In this document: positions 28,561 to 44,061 of the stretch, in pieces
How the letters are laid out: each line of letters opens with the position of its first letter
Position numbering within the stretch: the first letter of the stretch is position 1
DNA from: the human T2T-CHM13v2.0 reference genome, Homo sapiens
Direction: 5' to 3' (one strand)
DNA: 64,000 nucleotides
Assembly: GCF_009914755.1 (NCBI RefSeq)
Contig: NC_060936.1
Translations under genes and position numbers: made by a program
Notes under the pieces: model-generated
Database searches by the model: none
Seen by the model: only the letters and a program-made list of their open reading frames with translations
What the model was told of the DNA's origin: nothing

Positions 28561-29099
28561 TCACTTTATTACATAAATAATCCAGCTATTAGATTGCTAA
28601 ACCAAATATGTTAGATGTCTTCCTTTTCTCTCTTTTTTCTCATCCCATAAATCTATTAAAATTAAAAATTAACTGTTTATTTTTACATCTAATAAAAGTA
28701 TATAAAATATGTTCAAAACTTATCATGTACTATTATCTCTGATTTAGTCATAATTCAATCAGGAAAATAATTTAATATCAAAAATTAGGCATGCAAATAA
28801 ACCTTTGAAATCAGAGAAGCAAAGATAAAAATTAGATGTATACTGAGCTAGTGTACTCAAAGATGCTGCTAAAATAGATGCCAGAGCCCAGACTGAAGAG
28901 AGATGACCATGGACTCTGAGGAGGCGACATTAATTCTGTACTACTTCTGATAAATCTTGGTCTGGGCTACCACTAATGATATCATAAAAAGGATTAACTT
29001 ACTTTTCCTTATGCTGTCCTAATTTTGCATAAGTGTTTCACATTAAATAATCAAAATTAGAGCTCTCATGGAAAGCAATATATATATAAGCCTGAGTGC

Positions 29100-29865
29100 T
29101 AGCCTGCAGTGATGACTCATCACTGTAATTCACGCTCCCATAATATCTACAATCGACTACTTAGCTTTCAATCTTACTCTTTCTCATCTCCAAATCTATC
29201 CTCCAAACAATAGAAATCATATCCTCGATACCTTTATTGAATTATTTCAGGACCTGTCTTTAAACCCTTTGGTGACTTCCCTTTATATTTAGCATATATT
29301 CTTAATTTTGACCGTATCCTAACAAAATGTCATTGACCACAAGCCCTGCACAATTTAGCTCTATCTCTAGATCCAGTGTTATTTCTCTGCCTATTTTTAC
29401 TATGCTTCAGCCATATTAATCTCCCATTTCCTATGTTATCAAATACCATCTTATATCAGGAAATGCATACATTGTATAAAAGTGTACATTTTATAAATGT
29501 GTACATCCCTTTGCACTGAATATTTTTTGTCTCTAAAGTTCACATGGCATGCTACTTTTTACCTTTTAGGCTCTATACTATATGTTTCGTCTTTGGAATA
29601 ATTTCTTGTCCACCCTCAGGGATTTTCCATATCCCTACCAACGTTATGCTTTTTCTCATAATTTTCTTTGTTTTCATTCCTAAATCTTACAAAAATATGG
29701 AATCATTTTGTTTAATTTTGGTATACTAGTTTCAAACCTGTTTCCCCAAGTAGATTATAAACTCCATGAAAACAAGGAAAACATTTGTTTTTTCATCACT
29801 GAAATCCCATTACTAATCAGAAGTCCCAGTACCAAGGAAGTACTCAACAAACATTTTTGAATGCA
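29100..29865 (+). mobile_element. L2 3' portion
   Basis: Ends tagattataaactccatgaaaacaagg...gaagtactcaacaaacatttttgaatg. Confidence 0.7.
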
Positions 29866-30109
29866 GGAATAACTACGGAACTTTGGGGAAATTAATTATC
29901 TTCTCTAATCATCTTTAAAATGTAAACACACACAAATTCCACTCTTAGAATTATAGTGAAAATTAGATAAATACCAGGCAAATAATGTCCACATAATGTA
30001 GCTAATATCATTAACATAAAATATTAATATATCATAGCTATATAATATAATAATATATTATAATATATGTAACATAATAATATAATATATTATACTAATA
30101 TTAATTAGA

Positions 30110-30330
<221 letters not shown>

Positions 30331-31149
30331 TTACTATAGGAATAATAGATAATATTAGAAAGTAAGCAGACTCGGTAAGAAGTTATTTTAGTAAAATATA
30401 AAAATAATACAGTTTTCAATTAAAATAGTGACACTATGACTAGTACCAAGTGTATGAATATTAAATATATTATGATGATAGAATTTGCTTTACTTGACAA
30501 CTAATTAGGTATAGAGAATAAGAAATAAAGATATTTGATATTTCAGATATGAAAGGCATAGAGAATGCCAGTGTCATTAAAACCAACAGAAAAATTGTAT
30601 GGTAAAGTAGATTTTTTTGGAGTTGGGAGTGGGGAGAGGGCATCAGGGGAGATAATTTTGAGTTCCCTTTTGACACTGATTTTCAGTGTTAAGAAATCAG
30701 AAATGTCAGTTTGGAATGCAGAAATGAAGTTTGCCTAGTTATCGAAGTGTTGGAATCAACAGAATTAAAGGAAATAATGATTGCATGTGTTTAAACAGTC
30801 TATTTGGTCATGTTTCAGAGATGTAAAAGAAAAAAAATTACAGTTAAAACTGAGCGAAATAGGGACAGAGCAATGAGAAAAAGGCTATTATTATCATAAC
30901 TTTGAAGAAAGAGTTTCAAAAAGTAAGATATCAGCTGGCACAGGGAAGCAAAGAAGTTGAGTGTCATGAGAATTGAAAGCTGTCATTGTTTTTTGGAAGT
31001 TGGCAATTCTTGGTGTGTGAGCACTTAAGTTGTGTTTTGATAACACAATTTTAACATTTTAAGTGCATACGGTTAACACAAAAACATCATTTTTGCTTTC
31101 TTAAGCCAAGAAAAATTATCTTCTCCATGGCTGCCATAACATAACAGCA

Positions 31150-31587
31150 TACCACAGTGGGATTCTGTTCCCTGGAAAATTCATATATTGAAGCCTTTAT
31201 CCTCATTGCCTCGGAATATAATCTTATTTGAAAATCAGGTCATTGCAGATGTAATTATTTAAGACCATCATACTGGAGTTGAGTGGGCCCTTAACACTCT
31301 AATATCAATGTTGTCCTTACAAAAATGGGAAACTTGGACACAGACACACACACACAGGGAGACTGCCGTGTGAACATCAAGGCAAATGTCAGGCAATGTC
31401 TTGGCAAGCTGAAGAACACCAAAATATTGTCAGGAAACCACCAGCAGTCAGGGGAGAGAACAGATTCTTACTCACAGACCTCAGAAGGAATCAACCCTGC
31501 TAACACTTTAATTTTGGATTTCTGGCCCCTAGAACTGTGAAACAAATTTCTATTGTTTGAGCCACCCAGCCCTAGCAAACTGATACA
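31150..31587 (+). mobile_element. MLT1C/B-type MaLR LTR
   Basis: ggtcattgcagatgtaatt...cagaaggaatcaaccctgctaacact...tagaactgtga...cagccctagcaaactgataca. Confidence 0.8.
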
Positions 31588-31831
31588 GATTTCAATACAG
31601 AAAGAACTATGCTGACAACTGATAACCAAAAATTGAGTAGGGGCTATATTTCTTTCTTATTTTTCAAGTCTATTTCTGTCTCTTGAATCCTCTGTAATTA
31701 ACCTTCAATATCTTCTGGTACATTACTTAGCAAATAGTGTATTTGTCACTGTAAAAAGAAAAGAGAAAGAAATAAAACTAACTTCCACAATGGCACAATC
31801 TTTCTATTTCCAAATATATACCTATGCAGAT

Positions 31832-32224
31832 TGATTTATTTTGGATGTCCCTTCCAAATCTCATGTTGAGAGGTAATCTTCAGTGCTGGAGGAGGGGCCT
31901 CATGGGAGGTGTTTGGGTCGTGGGGTGGATCCCTCATGGCTTGGCTCTCCTCAAATAAGGAGTTCTCCCAAGATCTGTTTTTTTAAGTGGTGTGGCACCT
32001 TTCCTTGCTGTCTCTTGCTCCTGCTCTGGCCATATGACCTGCTGCTCCCACTTACCCTTCTGCCATGAGTAAAAGCTCTGTGAGGCCTTCCAAGAAGCTG
32101 AGCAGATGCTAGCACCATGCTTCCTCTATAGCCTGCAGAACCACAATCTAACTAAAACTCTTTTCTTTGTAAATTACCCAGCCTCAGGTATTTCCTTAGA
32201 GCAATGCAAGAATGGCCTAACACA
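31832..32224 (+). mobile_element. MSTB-type solo LTR
   Basis: tgatttattttggatgtcccttccaaatctcatgttg...aattacccagcctcaggtatttcc...ggcctaacaca. TSD (c/t)agat. Confidence 0.9.
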
Positions 32225-33764
32225 TAGATTCATGTTTACTGCTTTTCTCCCAGTACATAAGTGGTTATTGAATAAAATAATAATTATGTGAATGAATGCT
32301 AGATATTTTGTTGCTGGATAGACTTAGTAAGCCTCATTCATAATATAGGTATTAGTGTGTACATAACCCTGGCCCAAACTGCAGTTTAAAATGATATTTT
32401 AGATTCATGATTAAAGAGATTGTAGCAGTCAGCATTCCAAATCTCAGGCCTTTTTCTGTCCCCCACTCCCCTTTTTAACTGGGAAATCTGAGTTTAGCAA
32501 AAACACAAGGCATTCAAAAACCCCTTAGGGTCTTTTTCCTACGTGTTTAAAATTTTCCTGACATCAGAAAAACAACAGTTGAATGATGACCAGATGGCAG
32601 AAGAGCTGTGGTAATTTGGCTGGAAGTAAGATGAGCATTGAAGCATAATAAGCGAATTAGAGATTTAAATATTTTCTATGAGCAGATCAACCTAATGGTG
32701 TGGACAAGATCACCTAATGGCTCTTTATTAAGTTTACTTATTTCTTTTAAAAAAGTTACTGATTTATCAGTATGATGATTTTGGAGAGATATTACTAATG
32801 GATTACATGGAAATATTTTTCAGGTATTATCTTCTTAGAGCTACCCAGGATGAATCCTTCCTAATCTTAGCATATGAGGGCAGGAATGATATCATTGAGG
32901 AGCATAGCTAAAACCTTGGAAACAATCTTGTACTCTCTATTCAAGAGAGTAAAAGGGGATGAAAATCCCCCAATTTTTCCTTACCTTGTCATCTTTTTAA
33001 GGATTAGGGGATCAAGGGAGTTTTCATGTCTTGAGACATAATTCTGGTCTTAAAAAATTCTGAAAAGACTCTCTGATGTTGGAGATAATTGCCACGATCA
33101 GGTTTTATAAGAATAGATGGGAAATCTGTCAACACCTGAGGCTTTTCCTGGGTTTATGGATTGGATTTAGGGTTTCTCACTTTTAATGATATTATGTTGT
33201 CCAACTGATTGACTTAATGGAGGGAGTGAACTGAAAGCAAGGCCCATCGGTTTTCTTCGTGGTGTAGCATAGAAAACAATGTTGACTAGATTCAAAAACA
33301 TTTTGAAAATATTAAATGCCTTTAGCTTGTGTTTCTGAATGATTGGAATAGTTTAATTGGGCATGCAGTTTACTTGTATCTTTAGCAGTTTTCTAGCCCA
33401 TATGAAACTGCTGAGAAATGTGTATTGAATAAATTAATCAATATCTGAGGTATTAGAAATTGGAATTCTATTGGAATTCTATTGGAATGCTATTAATATA
33501 GATAGATGGGAGGGTGTATATTTAGTGTATATTTCCTACTCTATGTAAAATGCTGGTGATGATATTTTTAAAAAATTAAGTGGAAAGGAGAAGAAATTAG
33601 ACTGATGGGTCTATTTATTTAAATTGTATTTCTAAAAATATGACAATTGAGCATCTTGAAAACTAGAATGTAATTCTGCTTTATCATGTCCTATCAATAG
33701 TTGTTACTACTAAATTGGCAATAAACTCATGATAATAACAATATAATATTTCAACACAAGAAGT

Positions 33765-33848
33765 TGCATATGGATATACACACAATTCTGGAAACTTTAA
33801 TGCCAATGCATATGGATATACATACAATTCTGAAAACTTTAATGTCAG
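33765..33848. repeat. 42-bp tandem duplication
   Basis: tgcatatggatataca(c/t)acaattctg(g/a)aaactttaatg... starts at both 33765 and 33807. Confidence 0.9.
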
Positions 33849-34049
33849 TCTTTATATGCAGCTACTCAAATGTTTTATAGCATCTTTTAAAAATGAAGTT
33901 CTCAGACATGTATAGTGATTTAAGAGAAATGGATACCTCATGTAAATATAAAATTATTAAGTTTTGTGAAATATGAATTTGGTGAGAAAAATACCACAGT
34001 AGGTTCATTTCCTTCTTGTGTCCCAGCGCCTCTTTTCATGTTGGCAAAT

Positions 34050-34658
34050 TTCCTGTCTTTTAATTAGGTGGGTCTGTTGAAACAATTATAATGTCTACCT
34101 GGTAGAACACCAACTTGGGCCACTAAAGAAAGCATGAGACTCCAACCTGGCTGATCATCAGACATCTAACCATAGCAAAAAGTCATTAGAAATTCTTTTT
34201 GCAATTTGCTATAGTATGGCTGAGAGAAAGGTATCTTTCTCTGGGATACGAGAACCACACAGCCTGTAATTTCTGAGATTCATCTTTTTTTTTTCTTATG
34301 GGCAGAATATGTCCATGAGACAAAAACATGTCTAAAAACAAAGTGAAACAGAGAAAAGCAGTTTAAGAGATGAAAGCAAACGTGTAAAGCAGTCAAGAAA
34401 GAGAGAACTAAAGAGATAGAAAGAGAATAGCCCATTTCTAAAGAGATAGAAAGAAAGAGAACTAAAGAGATAGAAAGAAAGAGCTAGAAAGAAAGAGAAT
34501 GGCTATAATTTTATCATTTGGATCTCTTGCTCAACAATTTGTAAAGCCAGTGGCATCCCTTTGACTTCCCAGTTATGTTAACCAATGCATTTAATCTTTG
34601 TGTGAGCTAATTTTGTAAGATTTCTGCCACTTTCAACCAAAAGAGATCTAACAAATAC
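34050..34658 (+). mobile_element. Old MLT1 (J/K-like) LTR with an internal GA-rich repeat
   Basis: 3' end gacttcccagttatgttaaccaat...ctgccactttcaaccaaaagagatctaacaaataca. ctaaagagatagaaag is repeated at ~34408-34480. Confidence 0.6.
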
Positions 34659-34958
34659 ACTGACTTAATAGTAAATTGTGAAAAATAAAATGTAATTAGT
34701 TAATGAAAGCAGAAATATATACATGCTACTCTTTATCTAGATCATCATGATATAGGAAAATCATGACTTTTAATAGATATAAACCTTTTATTTAGGCTGG
34801 TCAACAGTGGGAATACATTTTCCCAAAATCTCTTGAAGAGATGTATTCAGGAGAGTTGCAGTCAGAATGTGAAAATCACTTTGACTTGTAATATTAAAGA
34901 TCTTTTACTTCCAAAGATAAGACAAAAGATAAGAAAACAGAATTCATTATAATAGCTG

Positions 34959-35322
34959 GGTATTAGTCCATTTTCACACTGCTATGAAGAAATACCCCCA
35001 GACTGGGTCACTTATAAAGAAAAAGAGGTTTAATGGACTCAGAGTTCCAAATGGCTGGGAAAGCCTCACAATCATGGTGGAAAGTGAAGGAAGAGCAAAG
35101 GCACATCTTACATGGTGGCAGGCAAGACAGCATGTGCAGGGGAACAGCCCTTTATAAAACCATCACATCTCCAGAGACTTATTCACTATCACAAGAACAG
35201 CACAAGAAAACCCACCCCCATGATTCAATTACCTCCCACTGGGTTCCTCCTGTGACATGTAGGGATTATGGGAGCTACAATTCAAGCTGAGATTTGGGTG
35301 GGGACATAGCCAAACCATATCA
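34959..35322 (-). mobile_element. THE1B-type solo LTR
   Basis: gtattagtccattttcacactgct...gagatttgggtggggacatagccaaaccatatca. Perfect TSD agctg at 34954-34958 and 35323-35327. Confidence 0.93.
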
Positions 35323-35972
35323 AGCTGAAGAATTTATTTTCCACTTCTGCTGTTGTTTTAATAAAGGGATATGTTTTAATAAAGGGGCAACACAGTAACC
35401 TAGAAAAACTTAAGAGTTTAATTTTGTGGTGGATGTTGAAAATATATTGTACTATTGCCGATGGCTCTTGGTCGTTTATGAACAACCTTTGAAACATGTT
35501 GAAATTATTGTAGTAGTGAAGATTGTGCAAGACCTTGGGTTTATCTGATGAAAGTTGGGACTAGCAGTCAGCCATCAGTATATATTTCTACTCTTTGATT
35601 TGTGAGAGAAGCGGGGATCTTTAGTTACCTATTCATTTGACAAATATTTACTGAATGCCTACTCTTTGTCAAGTACTGGGAAAAAATGAACAAGACAGAC
35701 TGTTTCCTTCCTTCAAAGACCTTGCAACACGACAAAGAAGACATGTAAACTGGATAATTTAACATTGCATGCTATAAACTATGATGGGGCAGGGAAGAGT
35801 GCAAGCTATAAAACACATTTAAGTAGCATCTAATTCTGTCTTAAAGATTCATGGAAATCTTCCTGGATAAATGGCTGCCAAAACTGATTCCTGAATGACT
35901 AGTAGAACTTAGGCAGTAATAAAGTCAAGAGAATGATACAGACCAATAAAATATCCTGTACAAAGTCCAGAA

Positions 35973-36491
35973 CAGGGGTCTCCAACCCATGTGTCATGGA
36001 CTGGGTACTGGTATGTTGCCTGTTAGAAACTGGGCCACATGGCAGGATGTGAGCAGCAAGCCAGCAAAGCTTCATCTGTATTCTCAGCCATTCCCCATCA
36101 CTTGCATTACCACTTGAGCTCCTCCTGTCAGATCAGCAGTGGCATTAGATTCTCGCTGGAGCAGGAACCCTATTGTGAACTCTGCATGTGAGGGAGCTAG
36201 GTTGCATGCTCCTTATGAGAATCTAATGCCTAATAATCTATAACTGTCTCCCATCATCCCCAGAGGAAACTGTTAAGTTGCAGGAAAACAAGCTGAGGGG
36301 TCCCACTGATTTTACATTATGGTAAGTTATATAATTATTTCATTATATATTACAATGTAATAATAATAGAAATAAAGTGCACAATAAATGTAATGTGCTT
36401 GAATCATCCCAAAACCACCTGCCTCCCTTGGTCCACGGAAAAGTTGTCTTCCAAGAAACTGGTCCCTGGTGCCAAAGTTTGGAGACTGCTG
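35973..36491 (+). mobile_element. MER1A (hAT-Charlie) non-autonomous DNA transposon inserted in L2
   Basis: Terminal inverted repeats caggggtctccaa / tttggagactgctg. 8-bp TSD gtccagaa / gtctagac, matching the NTCTAGAN Charlie preference. Confidence 0.92.
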
Positions 36492-36789
36492 GTCTAGACG
36501 ATAGTAAGGCATGACACAGTGAAAGTATTTCAGAATGGCTCAAATATACATACTAAAATTGATTAGAAGATAAGAATGGTGAGATATTCAGTAACCAGAT
36601 CCAGAAGATTAGAGGAATGATGTGGAGAGATTTGGTCCCTCTGCTGAAGAAAAGGTAGCTATTGAAACAGCAGTTATAGGATCAGATTTCGTATTTGAGG
36701 TCTATAACTGGCAGAAGGCTTATGTGAGTGAATACAAGGGAGACATCATATAAATATTTAAGAGGATAATGCAACAATCTAGTGAAAAC

Positions 36790-37780
<991 letters not shown>

Positions 37781-38944
37781 ACTGTAGTTTGTACTAGGCA
37801 ACTAATAGTTTTTATAAGGAAAATAAATACTTTCAAATACATTTAAGAGAAAATATTTGGCAATTTGTTAATTGAGCTGAATAAAGAGAGAAAAGATTAT
37901 GGAAAAACACTCCACCTCTGACTTGAACTAGGGGCTAGGGGAAAATGCTATTCATTGACAAGAGGAACATAGAAGTAAAAACACACTTCAAGTAGAGATG
38001 ATGTGTTAAGCTTTAATATATGATTTCATGGTTCATGAGACATTCGATTGAAGTAGGATGTTTAGCTAGAGCTCAGACACAGTTGAGCTGGAGTTATATA
38101 GAGATTGTATAATCTGTAGACAGACACACTTGAAAACTGGGGTGGAGTCAAAATAAACTAAAACAGGGTCCTTAAAATATCAAAATTAAAGAAAATTTTA
38201 CAAAAATATACAAAGTAGCCAGAAAGGTCAGAGAAAATCCATTTGTCATATACCAGGATTCAGGATAAATTCATAATATGGCATAGTATGGATCAGGGAT
38301 GAAGGAAAGTAACCTAAGTTGATGGAGAGAAAACGCAAGTTTTCTCTGACCCTCTTGTTGTCTTAAAATATGAGTTTGGCTCCATTGGAAAAAAAAAAAA
38401 AACATATCTTGCTTTTTTTTTTAAGCAAAATAATAAAGCAGGAATGGGTAAGTGGGTTATGCCAGGCTTTTTGACTTGGGATGCTAGCTGTTTACAGAAT
38501 TTGTCCAGGAATATCAGCTCTCTCTCACCTAGAGACTTTGCGGCCAATGGGAGGCTGAAGTCTCCTCCTAAGAAAGGAAGTGACTGCTCCAATGCAAAGC
38601 TGAGTGTGAAGACATTCCCTCCTGTTGCCAAAAAGAAAGCAGCCAATTCTCTATCCTCTGCCCAATTCTGCTGGCCCATTTTCTAGGAAACTCACAGTAA
38701 CCACCCGAAGACATTTGCAGACAATTCTACTCTTGCACCACAAGATAGGTTCTCAAAAACAAAGGAAAGGGCATGTTAAGAAGGGGGAAGTGGTTAACAT
38801 TGTTACATGCTGCTAAAGACTGAATTAAGAAAGTACTGAAATGTGTATATTGGATGTAGCCACAGGACCTCTTTAGGGATTCTGGTGAGAATATTTTCAG
38901 TTGAATGATGGGGAAAGAAGCTAGACTGCAGTTGTTGGGAAGTA

Positions 38945-40262
<1,318 letters not shown>

Positions 40263-40628
40263 AAGTCATTACTGTCATACATGATCTCATTAATACTCAT
40301 AGAAAACTTAGAACATTTTATGTTACATATTATGTAACTGCAGAATTAGTGGTATCTTTTTCTAGACTGGATAAAAGTTTGGATTCATGTAGCAAGTACA
40401 GCAGGCAAAAAGTACGCATACAGGTATCTTTATATATATCTATGCTATTTGTAATAATAAAAAATTAAACAGAAGTATCTAAAAATTTCATCAGTAGATG
40501 ATCTGCTAAATAAGTTTAGTAGCCCAAATACTTTATATAGAAAGCAAATTAAATTTTTGCTTAATATGAACTAAGCATATTATATCACTGTGTAAAAAGA
40601 ATAGTTGTAACATAAAAAGTATGCTTGC

Positions 40629-41445
40629 GGGCGTCCGGTGCCATGGAGGAGTACGCTCGGGAGCCTTGCCCATGGCGAATTGTGGATGATTGCTGTGGAG
40701 CGTTCACTATGGGTGTCATTGGTGGCGGAGTCTTCCAGGCCATCAAGAGTTTCCGCAATGACCCTGTTGGAATTCGGCACCAGTTGAGAGGTAGTGCCAA
40801 CACTGTGAGGATCCGAGTTCCCCAGATTAGAGGTAGCTTCGCAGTGTTGGGGGGCCTGTTCTCCACCATCGACTGTGGCCTGGTGCGGCTTTAGGGCAAG
40901 GAGGATCCCTGGAAATCTATTACCAGTGGAGCATTGACTGGGGCTGTGCTGGTAGCCTGCAGTGGCCCACTGGCCATGGTGGGCTCAGCGATGATGGGGG
41001 GCATCCTGTTGGCCCTCATTGAGGGCGTTGGCATCCTCCTCACTCGCTACACGGCCCAGCAGTTCCAAAATGTGCCCTTGTTGCTGGAGGACCCCAGCCA
41101 GCTGCCTCCTAAGGATGGCACCCCGGCCCCAGGCTATCCCAGCTATTAGTACCACTGAGGAAGCCACTGCCACCATGGGAGCTGCTTCTCGGTTTTCTTC
41201 CCGATAATCTACCTCGAAGGAAGGGCTAGCTCCTAGTTAGCCCTGGGACCCTCCAGAGAGGGCTTCTACTCTGCTCCCTAGTCCCAGGCTGGGGGTGGGG
41301 CACTGCAGCTGCCCTGACAGATGGGTCCCCTTTTTCTCTCTCGGGGCACGCCAGCCCTACATTCCCATGTATCAAGTTCTCACCCCAGCTCCTTTGTGTG
41401 GCACTCTGATGTATATTTAAAGCCCATTTTAAATGCCAAAAAAAA
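40629..41445 (+). pseudogene. TIMM17B: Processed pseudogene of mitochondrial inner-membrane translocase TIMM17B
   Basis: Intronless. ATG at 40643 ([34 protein letters not shown]), B-type C-terminus [20 protein letters not shown], ancestral TGA at 41156-41158. Premature TAGs at 40892 and 41147. 3'UTR with an A8 tail at 41438-41445. Degenerate TSD at 40614-40628 / 41440-41454 (12/15). Confidence 0.96.
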
Positions 41446-42425
41446 TATGATCGCATTTGGAAAATACATACAACTCTTTGCACACAATATGTCTATAAGT
41501 GTATGGGTGCATGTTTACATGGAAAGGTGACCAAAAATTATGTAAAATTAAGAATATTAAATATTTACCTCTAGAGTTTGACGTCACTGTATTGAAAGGG
41601 AACTCTTCTGGCATGTTTGATTGTTTATATTTTACACTAAAAATCTTTCATGTTTTGTAATAAAAAGTAGATAAAGAATATTCGGAATGACATAAAATAA
41701 AAGTTAAGTAAGATAAGAAAAGAGATGAGCAGTATTCAAACAGCAAACAAGGAACAATGAGAAAGAAAAATAAATAAAGTGAAACAAGATAAATAAGCCA
41801 AAACTATTTGCCAAGATGTAGGTTAAGAAGTTTCTTTTTTCAAATTCAAATCAATCATTTTGAGAGTGACTATTCTACATACAGTTAATGAAATCTTTAC
41901 ATTACTTTATCTCAAATTTGTGTTTTCAACCCTAAGTAAAATTTTATAAATTCTAAATGGAGCTATTTAAGAAATGTTTATATAGTGATTCCTAGTAAAT
42001 GAAAATTTAAATGTTTGATTTCAGAAAACAGCAAACCTTTGCCAGAATATCAAAGTAAAATGGGCAAAAAAATTAAATTTAATAGAGTCATAAATCCAAG
42101 TGAGCTAGGACAAGAGATTTTTTTTCTGTAGCTGCTTGATGCAGACATGTGTCACCGTTATCACCATGTATAACTTTTCCCGCTTGACACACTTTCATGA
42201 GAGCTAGTTTGGCAAGAAAGTATGGTTCTAACTGGAGAATTAGTAAGTTTATCTCTCCACCTTAGTCTTTCAATATTCATGGTGGTCATACTACCAAGTA
42301 ACTGAAGAGTTTCTGATAGAAGTCATAAAACTTTATGGTGGTTAGATAATGTGATAAATTTGCCCCAGGATGAAAATTTCTACCTTACAGTCTCATTAGG
42401 TAGAAGAAAGAAAGCCTTTGGGAGG

Positions 42426-42894
42426 TGTGAAAGGAAAATATCTTGGGTTTCTAAAATCACTAAGCTAAAGGGAAAATTTGAGCTGGAAACTGCTTAGGGA
42501 AAGCCTGCCTCCCATTCTGTTCAAAGTCATCCTTCTGCTCACTGAGATAAATGCATATGTGATTGCCTCCTTTGGAAAGGGTAATCAGAAACTCAAAATA
42601 ATGCAACAACTTGTCTCTCATTTACCTGTGACCTCGAAGCCCCCTCCCCACTTTGAGTTGTCCCGCTTTTGCTTGGAGTTGTCCCACTTTTTCAGACTGA
42701 ACCAGTGTTCATTTTACATATGTTGATTGATGTCTCATGTCTCCCTGAAATATATAAAACAGAGCTGTGCTGTGACCACCTTGGGTACATGTCATCAGGA
42801 CCTCCTGAACTGTGTCACTGGTGTATGTCCTCAACCTTGGAAGAATAAACTTTCTAAATTAACTGAGACCTGTCTCAAATTTTCAGAGTTCACA
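42426..42894 (+). mobile_element. MER4A-type ERV1 solo LTR
   Basis: tgtgaaaggaaaatatcttggg...tatataaaac...gaataaactttctaaattaactgagacctgtctc...gttcaca. 4-bp TSD gagg at 42422-42425 and 42895-42898. Confidence 0.9.
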
Positions 42895-43909
42895 GAGGAC
42901 AGATGAAAGCAAAGATCAAAATTGTGAAAATCAGAAAAAAAATAAATTATAAAATGTATTAAATTTTTAATTTAGGGTAATTTTTAATGTAATATATCTC
43001 CCTTTCCATGGTCCTCATACTAAGAATAATTTTAAACAGTAAAGATTATGTACAAAACAAGTATGAAAAGACTCTGAAGGTAAAGAAAAAATGTAATAAA
43101 GCTAAGGACCTCTGGACAAGAGAAACAAGGTGATATTGAGTTGTCTGAGTATTTTTGTTTCTGTTTCATGTATCACAGCCTGAGACCTGAAGAAGATGGA
43201 AACCCAGAATGAGCACTGACTGAACAAGAAAAAAGAAAGCTTGCTCTCTAGTCAAAGTACAAGGAAAGGAGAAGCACAGCAAGAAAGAAAACTTTTTGAA
43301 AATAACCTCTCTATTCCAGCCAAACAAAACGGAAAATAAGTTGTTGCCCTACTCTCACCCATCCTATTTAAGAACTACTAGACCTAGATATCCCCCCACA
43401 AAAGAATCTAACAAGTTGCCTCCAAAATCTCATTGTGGTGGTATCAGAGAGGACTAAATAGGGAGAATGTGGTCTTCTACCCCACCAAGCAATAAGGAAG
43501 TTCAGCTTTTCCTCTCAGCTTAAATGGTGTCTTAGGAGGTCTAATGCAAAGTCAGAACTTTTGCCATCACTCAGCTGTACAGAACCTGCACCCACTACGT
43601 TGTCATAGAGATCACCTGAGAAACCAATTGCCAACACTAGCCCTGCAGTAAAAAGGAAGGAGCTGCCCATTCCCATCACTCAAATGTCAATAGAGGTCAA
43701 GTGAGGAATCCTGAACTTCTACCTCCAAATAGCAGTAATAAGGTGGTGCCCTCTATCCCCTACCAGAGCAGAGAAATATTGTTAAAACAGAAGTTTTAAG
43801 TAAAATCCAGAGTTTCATAGCACAATACGAAAATGTCTGAGTTTTAATAGACAATCACTTATCATGCCAAGAACCAGGAAGATGTCAAACTGAATTAAAA
43901 AAAACACTC

Positions 43910-44000
43910 AGTTGTGGCAGTGGGCTGAGATCGTGCTGGTGCACTCCAGCCTGGACAACAGAGTGAGACACCATCTCAAAAAACAAACAAACAAACAAAC
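43910..44000 (+). mobile_element. 5'-truncated Alu 3' fragment with a (CAAA)n tail
   Basis: gcagtgggctgagatcgtgctggtgcactccagcctggacaacagagtgagacaccatctc. TSD aaaaaaa(c)cactc at 43897-43909 and 44001-44014, preceded by TT. Confidence 0.88.
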
Positions 44001-44061
44001 AAAAAAAACCACTCGATGGCAAGTTGACAGCAATATAATGAAAATAATTGTGTAACATCAC

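Noticed and set aside
33765-34500. Short direct repeats as a CRISPR-like array
   Set aside because: Eukaryotic DNA, only 2-3 copies, and no regular unique spacers or cas genes.
41579-41586. CRE palindrome TGACGTCA
   Set aside because: Isolated 8-mer inside decayed L1-like sequence with no supporting context.
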